Program-made: the position numbers and the translations under genes
DNA from: Candidatus Iainarchaeum sp.
GTDB lineage: Archaea; B1Sed10-29; WALL01
Reading direction: 5' to 3'
DNA length: 48,306 nt
Assembly: GCA_016939415.1 (NCBI GenBank)
Contig: JAFGGZ010000054.1
Location: 1 to 48,306, forward strand
Shown here: in pieces, positions 17,615 through 23,803 of the stretch
How positions within the stretch are numbered: position 1 is the stretch's first letter
Layout of the letters: every line of letters starts with the position of its first letter
The notes under the pieces: model-generated
What the model was told of the DNA's origin: nothing
What the model saw: the letters and a program-made list of their open reading frames with translations, nothing else
Database searches by the model: none

Positions 17615-18214
17615 TCAGCGACTGCACAGAACGCCGTTCTGCCACATGCCGGATACGTGCGCTAGCACGGTCAGTCCGGCGTCCTCGCACTCTGTCTTTA
17701 GCTGGGAGAGTTGCATTGGCTCTTCGTAGCCGAAGAACCAGTTGCCGGACCGTCTCATGAGTTCAGAGGCGGCTTCGTACTGCGGTGATGGCTTTGGCGC
17801 GAAGATGATGACGTACTTCTTGGAGGCATCCCTGTGCTTTTTGATGAGTTCAGCCCGCTTGTCTTGTTGGAAGTGCTCTATCAGACCGTCTGAGAACACG
17901 AGGTCGTAGCGCTTGGGGAGCTCGACGGTGAACACGTCTCCGACTATGTACGTGAAGCCGTTGGCTTTCGGGTTCGCGGACGTGAACAGCTCCTTGGCTT
18001 CGTGGCTTATGTCGACGAGCGTTGATGAACCGCCAAAGCGCTTGTGCATCTTGGCGGAGAGCATGCCGGACCCGCCGCCGAACTCGAGGATGTCCGGGCT
18101 CATTAAGTCTGTGCGGGCGAGCAGCTTCTCGTAGCGGCGCCAGTGGCTTGCTTGCACGACTGAGTAGAACGGCGTCGCGCCGGACATTCTGTCCCAGTAC
18201 TCGTTCCATGTCAT
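17615..18214 (-). CDS. class I SAM-dependent methyltransferase
   Basis: ILEFGGGSGMLS motif I and DLVFSDGLIEHF motif. Convergent with gdhA, with 1 nt between the stops. Confidence 0.7.
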   Translation of the reverse strand: MTWNEYWDRMSGATPFYSVVQASHWRRYEKLLARTDLMSPDILEFGGGSGMLSAKMHKRFGGSSTLVDISHEAKELFTSANPKANGFTYIVGDVFTVELPKRYDLVFSDGLIEHFQQDKRAELIKKHRDASKKYVIIFAPKPSPQYEAASELMRRSGNWFFGYEEPMQLSQLKTECEDAGLTVLAHVSGMWQNGVLCSR

Positions 18215-18224
18215 TGTAGGTCAC

Positions 18225-18830
18225 TCAGCAGGGGTTCTCGGTTGATGTGAAGCAATCGTTCTTCCAGACCCGGTCCGTGGCTGAGAGCAGTTGGCCGTCT
18301 TCAACGATTGCAGTGCACACTTCGGTCTTGAAGTGGCCGTTTTCGGGCATTGATGCCACGCCGGTGTTCTTGACGCGTATTTGCCCTGTCCGGCGTTCGG
18401 AGCGTTCGATGGGGAATGATGAGGTGATGCCGTCACTGATGTCTGAGAGTTGACTTGACTGGGAGAACCATGGGGTCTGCGAAATTACGTCGCCTGCGGC
18501 GTTGTACACTGTGATGCGGGCGTGAGGAAAGATGGTTGCGGCATCGTACTCGTTTTCGATCGTGTATCCGACGTCGACGCTGTTTTCGAAGTCGCGTCTC
18601 GTGCATCCCACGCTCTGCGTGTAGAGCTGGTAAGTGGTTGTTGGCGGCGCGGGTTCTTGAGGAGCGGGCGCGGAGTCTTCGGGGATCGCGCTTTCTGCTG
18701 GTGGTTGTGTGGCGGGGGCGTCGGCAGCTTGCTGTTGGATCGGAGCGGGGGTTGCGGGTGGTGCTGGCTGTTCTTCCGGGGCTATGCAACCAAAGAGGAG
18801 GATGATAAGGATGAGGGGTATGAATTTCAA
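18225..18830 (-). CDS. hypothetical secreted lipobox protein
   Basis: MKFIPLILIILLFGC signal/lipobox, then a Pro/Ala/Gln-rich linker and a Cys-containing globular domain. Confidence 0.55.
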   Translation of the reverse strand: MKFIPLILIILLFGCIAPEEQPAPPATPAPIQQQAADAPATQPPAESAIPEDSAPAPQEPAPPTTTYQLYTQSVGCTRRDFENSVDVGYTIENEYDAATIFPHARITVYNAAGDVISQTPWFSQSSQLSDISDGITSSFPIERSERRTGQIRVKNTGVASMPENGHFKTEVCTAIVEDGQLLSATDRVWKNDCFTSTENPC

Positions 18831-18886
18831 GTAATCACCGTTGGATACAATGAAGGAAAGTTCTTATAATCTTTTGCTTATATGGC

Positions 18887-19165
18887 ATGTTCATGAAGCG
18901 TTACACTATCACCGTGCGTGGGAGGGTGCAGGGCGTGTTTTTCAGGGACTTCGCGCGTTCTTTGGCTCGTAGGATGAATGTGTTTGGTTATGTGAGGAAT
19001 GCGCGTGATGGCAGCGTGGAGATCGTGGCGGAGGCGGGGGAGGAGGTTTTGAGGGCGTTTGTCGGAGCGTTGAGGGGCGCTGAGTACCCGCGTAGGGTGG
19101 ATTCCGTGGATGTCAGTGAGTCCGAGGCCACGAACGAGTTCGGTGGGTTCAGCATAAGGTACTGA
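18887..19165 (+). CDS. acyP: acylphosphatase
   Basis: VRGRVQGVFFRDFA...GYVRNARDGSVEIVAEG...F are classical acylphosphatase motifs. About 90 aa. Confidence 0.85.
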   Translation: MFMKRYTITVRGRVQGVFFRDFARSLARRMNVFGYVRNARDGSVEIVAEAGEEVLRAFVGALRGAEYPRRVDSVDVSESEATNEFGGFSIRY

Positions 19166-19297
19166 TTGGCTGCATCGATCCACCCGTAAATCTGCCTTGT
19201 GCAACCCCTTTTCCCCGAGATTTTTGCTGAGCGCAGAATCAAAGGCCGGTGCGCTAGCGCGGAGCGCTACGCACGCCTTTTTCTTTGAACCCCAGGG

Positions 19298-19323
19298 CCT
19301 TTCTTTTTCGCGAAAAAGAAAGG
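19298..19323. terminator. perfect 26-nt palindrome with T-runs, candidate bidirectional terminator
   Basis: CCTTTCTTTTTCGCGAAAAAGAAAGG equals its own reverse complement. It lies 3 nt beyond the tRNA 3' end and downstream of acyP, and is preceded by a second imperfect GC hairpin around 19248-19275. Confidence 0.45.
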
Positions 19324-19326
19324 GGC

Positions 19327-19444
19327 TGGTGCAGGGGAAGGGAGTCGAACCCTCGAAGGCACTAAGCCAATGGATCTTGAGTCCATTCCATTTCTGCGGA
19401 CGGAGGCGAAAAGCCGTGCCCGTTGACCACTCTGGAACCCCTGC
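19327..19444 (-). tRNA. tRNA-Leu: tRNA-Leu(CAA) with about 30-nt intron in the D-loop and encoded CCA
   Basis: The reverse complement reads GCAGGGG-TT-CCA-GAGTGGTCAA[CGGGCACGGCTTTTCGCCTCCGTCCGCAGA]AA-TGG-A-ATGGA-CTCAAGA-TCCAT-TGGCTTAGTGCCTTC-GAGGG-TTCGACT-CCCTT-CCCCTGC-ACCA. It has a 7-bp acceptor stem, a 5-bp anticodon stem with a CAA anticodon, a long variable arm and a T-arm. Confidence 0.8.
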
Positions 19445-19468
19445 AACGCAGTGATTATGCCAGCCGAG

Positions 19469-19476
19469 TATTAAAA
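19469..19476 (-). promoter_or_regulatory. TATA box for tRNA-Leu
   Basis: TTTTAATA on the minus strand, with about 24 nt between its end and the tRNA 5' end. Confidence 0.45.
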
Positions 19477-19486
19477 TGCTTTGCGC

Positions 19487-19597
19487 TCAACGCTCGTAAT
19501 CAGTGCAGTACTTGATTATTGTGCGGGCTTCGTCGTGCCGCATGCAGTACCAATCCTTCCGGTACTTGCAGTCAGCACAAAACCAATCCTCCAACAC
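19487..19597 (-). CDS. possible 36-aa Cys/His-rich micro-protein
   Basis: Hand-translated, below the ORF-track cutoff: (GTG)LEDWFCADCKYRKDWYCMRHDEARTIIKYCTDYER. CxxC-x8-CxxH spacing; a G-rich stretch lies upstream. Confidence 0.25.
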   Translation of the reverse strand: MLEDWFCADCKYRKDWYCMRHDEARTIIKYCTDYER

Positions 19598-19654
19598 CAA
19601 AACCCCCAAAAAGTCCGAACTAATTACGGCAACACCGTACTTAAAGATTTGGGT

Positions 19655-19951
19655 TCAATCGAACAACGCAATGCCTGCGGCGACGCCTGCTTCCTCTGCC
19701 TCGAAAGCGTTCTTCACGTTGTCGAACTCTTGGCCGGAAACCTCTTCCACGCCCTCGATCTCCAACTCCTTGCTGTGTTCCTCAAAAAACTCGTCAGAAG
19801 CGTTCACGTAAAGAAAGTACGCGTCCACGTTGATACCCATCGTCTTCGCATCCTGGAACTTGTATTCTATGCGAGCGAACGGGTCAGTCGCGATGACTGC
19901 CCTGACCTTGTGCTGGGCACTACCTAACACCTTGTATATCTTGACTGCCAT
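19655..19951 (-). CDS. hypothetical 98-aa protein with an acidic, ribosomal-stalk-like C-terminal tail
   Basis: ORF ends ...FEAEEAGVAAGIALFD. No family recognised for the N-terminal about 75 aa. Confidence 0.6.
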   Translation of the reverse strand: MAVKIYKVLGSAQHKVRAVIATDPFARIEYKFQDAKTMGINVDAYFLYVNASDEFFEEHSKELEIEGVEEVSGQEFDNVKNAFEAEEAGVAAGIALFD

Positions 19952-19992
19952 GCTGATCCCCGAACGATTGTCACCAAATTCATTAATAAGCT

Positions 19993-20358
19993 TTAGGGTT
20001 TTTCAATACCTGTCGGCTTGCGCACGCCCTCGCGCTTCCACGAATCCCCTGCGTACCGCGGGATCAAGTGGACGTGCACGTGAAAGATGCCCTGGCCGGC
20101 AGCGCGGCCGTTGTTCACGCCGACATTGAATCCTGCAGGAGCATACTCCCTGTCAATCAATTGCTTCGCTTCAACAAGCAGCGAGTAAATGCCACGCACT
20201 TCATCGCCGGAAAGCTCGAAGAAGTCCGTAACATGCCGCTTGGGAATGACGAGCATGTGCCCCCGAGTCACAGGGTTTATATCACGCACAGCGAACGCCA
20301 AGTCATTCTCCAAAACAACTTCTTCGTCCAGATCACAGAACGGACACGCCACGCGCAT
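19993..20358 (-). CDS. HIT family (histidine triad) protein
   Basis: CPFCD zinc motif and HVHVHLIPR histidine triad. Start MRVACPFC overlaps the ZIP stop as TGATG. Confidence 0.85.
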   Translation of the reverse strand: MRVACPFCDLDEEVVLENDLAFAVRDINPVTRGHMLVIPKRHVTDFFELSGDEVRGIYSLLVEAKQLIDREYAPAGFNVGVNNGRAAGQGIFHVHVHLIPRYAGDSWKREGVRKPTGIEKP

Positions 20359-21110
20359 CAACCCCCGATGACGGCGCGCATGACCCACATGAAGGCAATG
20401 CCAGCCAGGAAAAGGACCATGATAGGCAAGGATTTGCGCAACTCCTTCTCCTTGTGCAGCTCGGGGATCAAGTCAGACGAAGCAATGTAGATGAAGCCTC
20501 CCGCAGCGAACGGCAGGAGCATGAACTCGATCCCGCTCACAATCCCGGAAGAATAGTAACCCACCAGCGCCCCGACCACTGCAGTCAAAGCAGACAAGAA
20601 ATTGAACACGAGCGCCTTCCGCAAGGAAAAGCCGCCGTACACGAGGACGCCGAAGTCACCCAGCTCCTGCGGGACCTCGTGCGCGACGACAGCGAACGTG
20701 GTTGCCACGCCGAGAGGGATGCTCGTCAAATAACTGGCTGCGATTATCAAGCCGTCTATGAAATTGTGCACGCTGTCGCCCACAAGGCTGAGGTAAGTGA
20801 ACGCGTGCACGTCACACGCCTCCTTGTGACAATGACGCCAATGGATAATTTTCTCAAGAAAGAAGAAAAAGACAATGCCGCCTATCACCAGCAGCGACAC
20901 AGAGTCCGACGAAGAAGCGTCAAGGGACTCGGGAATCAGGTGCAGGAAAGCGCCTCCCAGCAACGACCCGCTCGCGAATGCGACAAGCCACAGCAAGACA
21001 CTCCGGATAGTGGCCTTTCCCAGAACCAGCGTGGTGACGCCGACAAGCGACAGCGCACTCACAGCAAAAACGCTGATGAGTATGTACGATAAGGTCTCCA
21101 TGAGAATCAA
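20358..21110 (-). CDS. ZIP family metal (zinc) transporter
   Basis: HNFIDGLIIAASY and HEVPQELGDFGVLV motifs, 8 TM helices, His-rich loop (HWRHCHKEACDVH). Confidence 0.85.
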   Translation of the reverse strand: MILMETLSYILISVFAVSALSLVGVTTLVLGKATIRSVLLWLVAFASGSLLGGAFLHLIPESLDASSSDSVSLLVIGGIVFFFFLEKIIHWRHCHKEACDVHAFTYLSLVGDSVHNFIDGLIIAASYLTSIPLGVATTFAVVAHEVPQELGDFGVLVYGGFSLRKALVFNFLSALTAVVGALVGYYSSGIVSGIEFMLLPFAAGGFIYIASSDLIPELHKEKELRKSLPIMVLFLAGIAFMWVMRAVIGG

Positions 21111-21154
21111 CGGTAATACGCGAACCGCTTATTTAACCCTGCCGAAAGACAGCG

Positions 21155-21499
21155 CTATTGCCGCTCCTCCTGACTCATCTCCTTGAACAGGTGGTACAGC
21201 TCGTTCCATGCAGCAAGGTACTGGTCCACAGCCTCTGCCCCAACCTCTGTCAGCTTGTACTCCTTCCTCCCGCCAACAACCCTTGCTGTCACAAGACCCT
21301 TCTTCTGCATGCGTCTCAGCAAAGGATAAAGACTGCCTGACTTGGCAGTCCACACGCCAGGCATCTTCCTCGTCAGCTTCTTCATCACGGCGTAACCATG
21401 CATCGGACCCTTCCGCAGGCTGAGCAGGACCAGGAACTCAAGGCGGCTTATCTTATGGGTGGGTTTGGACCTGACGAGGGATAGTATATCAAATTTCAT
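21155..21499 (-). CDS. PadR family transcriptional regulator
   Basis: LLSLRKGPMHGYAVMKKL...SGSLYPLLRRMQKKGLV...EYKLTEVG is the canonical PadR wHTH. Confidence 0.85.
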   Translation of the reverse strand: MKFDILSLVRSKPTHKISRLEFLVLLSLRKGPMHGYAVMKKLTRKMPGVWTAKSGSLYPLLRRMQKKGLVTARVVGGRKEYKLTEVGAEAVDQYLAAWNELYHLFKEMSQEERQ

Positions 21500-21642
21500 G
21501 GAAAAACCTACACATGTATTTTGTCTATATGTAGATACACTACACTTATAAATAGCCGATGGTTGGTATGGTAAATCACTAGAAACAACGCACCCACAGA
21601 GCGGGACGTGGTTTCATGTATTTCACAAGAGGTGTATCACCA

Positions 21643-21669
21643 ATGAAGCCAAAGGCAAAGAAGGAGTAA
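21643..21669 (+). CDS. 7-codon Lys-rich micro-ORF A1 (MKPKAKKE)
   Basis: AAGAGGTG SD-like site 9 nt upstream, overlapping the palindrome GGTGTATCACC. Duplicated in module B. Confidence 0.35.
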   Translation: MKPKAKKE

Positions 21670-21684
21670 TTTTCATCTGAAAAC

Positions 21685-21703
21685 GGGGGCGCTAGGCGCC
21701 CCC
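21685..21703 (+). other. 8-bp all-GC hairpin between micro-ORFs A1 and A2
   Basis: GGGGGCGC-TAG-GCGCCCCC, a perfect inverted repeat. Confidence 0.5.
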
Positions 21704-21726
21704 CAATCTTCTATTGAAGTAGTTAT

Positions 21727-21810
21727 ATGTTCGACGGCGACGATTGGGATGACACAGACGACGGCCAAAAAGAGTTGCCGAAAAGAAATGTGGTTATGTA
21801 TCTTTTTTAG
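21727..21810 (+). CDS. 27-aa acidic micro-ORF A2 (MFDGDDWDDTDDGQKELPKRNVVMYLF)
   Basis: Shares the D-[DN]-W-D-D-T-D-D core with B2. No clear SD. Confidence 0.3.
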   Translation: MFDGDDWDDTDDGQKELPKRNVVMYLF

Positions 21811-21926
21811 AGATAGGTACACCATATTTATAAATATCCCTTATTAGGTATCATATGCACGCCGGAAACACGCACTCCCGAAAGAGTGCATGATTCAGCG
21901 TAATCCTGAAAGAGGTGTGACACCAA

Positions 21927-21953
21927 ATGAAACCAGCAAAGAAGAAGAAGTAA
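21927..21953 (+). CDS. 7-codon Lys-rich micro-ORF B1 (MKPAKKKK)
   Basis: AAGAGGTG SD-like site overlapping the palindrome GGTGTGACACC. Paralogous to A1. Confidence 0.35.
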   Translation: MKPAKKKK

Positions 21954-22005
21954 TCCTAATAAACCACAAGAACAACAAACAAAGCCACCATCTTGAGGTG
22001 ATATC

Positions 22006-22083
22006 ATGACCAAGATGTACATTAAGAATTACGACGATGACGACGATGATGACAATTGGGACGACACAGACGATGATGACTAA
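22006..22083 (+). CDS. 25-aa poly-Asp micro-ORF B2 (MTKMYIKNYDDDDDDDNWDDTDDDD)
   Basis: GAGGTGA lies 4 nt upstream of the ATG. Followed by an A-run and a GC hairpin. Confidence 0.4.
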   Translation: MTKMYIKNYDDDDDDDNWDDTDDDD

Positions 22084-22095
22084 TAAAAAAAACAC

Positions 22096-22115
22096 GGCGG
22101 CCGGCAGAGGCCGCC
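22096..22115 (+). terminator. GC hairpin after micro-ORF B2
   Basis: GGCGGCC-GGCAGA-GGCCGCC, a 7-bp stem. Confidence 0.4.
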
Positions 22116-22170
22116 CATTCCCTCCTTCTGAAGAGAACGCTTTTATTCTCTGGCTCAGTAACATGCATGG

Positions 22171-23526
22171 ATGAAGAAAGGGTTATCTGAGATCATTGCA
22201 GTAGTAATACTCGTAGCAATAGCAGTGATCGGCTCTGTCGCAGCATACTACTGGCTCGGCGGCATGTTCTCAAAGCAGCCTGCTCCCAGGATACCGACAC
22301 CGCTTTCAGCAGTCCCTGCGGACGCGCACGCAGGATACCTGTACGTCATCCTCGTCAATTTGGGGAACCAGCAGATCCCGGTAGGCAGCACGCTCCTGGT
22401 CGCGGAGAATAGCGCTGAAGCAATCCTCTCCGAACCGATTCTACCCGGAAACCAGCAGCTGATCGTGTTCTGGGGGAGGTACGACAAGCAGGACGGGTAC
22501 AAGGGGTTCGAGAAGCAGGCAACCATCTACGAGCTGACAACAGGCTCTTCCTCCCCGCCGATCGCGCTCTCCACAGTCGAGGCGCACGAGGCAACAGCCT
22601 ACGAAGTCGGCAGCGCCGAAGGGTTCGAGCCAAGCATGAGCACGGTCGAAGACAACAACAATGTCTTGTGGATAGCGTTCACGTCAAACCAGTCCATCGG
22701 CAGCCACGACATATGGATAATGAACTCCACGGACGGCATGAACTGGAACACGCCGTACCAGATAGCGACGCAGGGTATTCTCGTGCAAGAGGACTCGCCT
22801 TACCTAGAGTACAACGGAACGTTCTACGTCCTGTACAGGTCAGCGTACGCAGGGAACAAGCTGCGGATGACAAAATCCAACAACGGCCAAACATGGACAA
22901 CGCCCGCACAGACGAACGTGCCGTGGACTGACCCGGACCCGAATGATTACGAGTACACGCCTGAGAACAAGCGAGGATTCTCATTCATCATCAATGACGA
23001 GGGACTGTTCTGGCTCGCGTACATAAACGGCAGCAGCGTGGTTGTTAGGAACTCGACAGACGCAGTGACGTGGAATCCGGAGATCACTGTGAACGACTCC
23101 GCCAGCCCCGGAAAAGTCTCGCTCATGCAAGACAATTCAGGGACGTACTGGGTTGCGTACGTCGGCGCTGACAACACGACGATAGAAGTAAGCAGCTCGG
23201 GCGACGCGCACTCGTGGAGCGCTTCGGCAATAGTCTCTGATGAGGACTTCGGCGAGGCATGCACTGGACCGGCAATCATCCAGGACAGCAACAGCAACTA
23301 TTTCCTGTTCACCGACCAGAGCGGCTCGTGCACAGACATGTTCGTGCAGGCATCGCGGGACGGAGTGCAGTGGAGCAGGGCTTCCTGGCTGCCGAACGCA
23401 ACCGCATCAGACCGCCACCCATCAGCAATGCAGGACTCTCAAGGCGTTTACCGCATGGCTTTCGCTGACGCTGACAGCATCCACGTGCGCAGCAGCACAG
23501 ACCCGATGATATGGGCCAGCACGTGA
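22171..23526 (+). CDS. BNR/Asp-box repeat (sialidase-like beta-propeller) protein with archaeal type IV pilin-like N-terminus
   Basis: MKKG/LSEIIAVVILVAIAVIG is a class III signal peptide pattern. There are at least six Asp-box-like repeats: NSTDGMNW, SNNGQTW, NSTDAVTW, SSSGDAHSW, ASRDGVQW, SSTDPMIW. Confidence 0.75.
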   Translation: MKKGLSEIIAVVILVAIAVIGSVAAYYWLGGMFSKQPAPRIPTPLSAVPADAHAGYLYVILVNLGNQQIPVGSTLLVAENSAEAILSEPILPGNQQLIVFWGRYDKQDGYKGFEKQATIYELTTGSSSPPIALSTVEAHEATAYEVGSAEGFEPSMSTVEDNNNVLWIAFTSNQSIGSHDIWIMNSTDGMNWNTPYQIATQGILVQEDSPYLEYNGTFYVLYRSAYAGNKLRMTKSNNGQTWTTPAQTNVPWTDPDPNDYEYTPENKRGFSFIINDEGLFWLAYINGSSVVVRNSTDAVTWNPEITVNDSASPGKVSLMQDNSGTYWVAYVGADNTTIEVSSSGDAHSWSASAIVSDEDFGEACTGPAIIQDSNSNYFLFTDQSGSCTDMFVQASRDGVQWSRASWLPNATASDRHPSAMQDSQGVYRMAFADADSIHVRSSTDPMIWAST

Positions 23527-23530
23527 GGCG

Positions 23531-23767
23531 ATGGATTGGATGGACGTTTTCCCGAAACACGCGAACAAGGAAGAGCGCGGCGTCATGGCTTTCCTAGCGT
23601 TTCTCGCGGCCGCAGTGCTTTCTGCGGAAGTCGTGTTCGTCCTGTTCTTCGAGACCGACGCGCTGACAGCGCTTCACTTCTTCATCGCGAGCATCGCCGT
23701 CCTCTTCGCGGTGCTCACTGCCATGCTGGCCATCGTGGTGAGGATTCTCTTGAGGCGCGGCAGATGA
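23531..23767 (+). CDS. hypothetical small membrane protein
   Basis: 78 aa with two hydrophobic helices. Starts 5 nt after the BNR gene stop. Confidence 0.45.
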   Translation: MDWMDVFPKHANKEERGVMAFLAFLAAAVLSAEVVFVLFFETDALTALHFFIASIAVLFAVLTAMLAIVVRILLRRGR

Positions 23768-23803
23768 ATGGCAGCTATTAATACACTACATGAGTGATGA
23801 CGC

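Larger units (their letters stand above)
21530..22116 (+). repeat. two tandem ~290-nt modules (promoter + SD + Lys-rich micro-ORF + Asp-rich micro-ORF)
   Basis: Module A is about 21530-21810 and module B about 21811-22116. They share TATA context (AGATA..ACAC..TTATAAATA), AAGAGGTGT-palindrome-ATGAA(G/A)CC, and GA(T/C)TGGGA(T/C)GACACAGACGA. Confidence 0.55.

Noticed and set aside
21828-22164. 64-aa and 89-aa minus-strand ORFs across the micro-ORF region
   Set aside because: Their hydrophobic Ile/Val runs are just the antisense reading of the GAT/GAC (Asp) codon runs. The 89-aa ORF would start 7 nt from the divergent pilin-BNR ATG, leaving no promoter space. The TATA boxes and SD sites are oriented for the plus strand.
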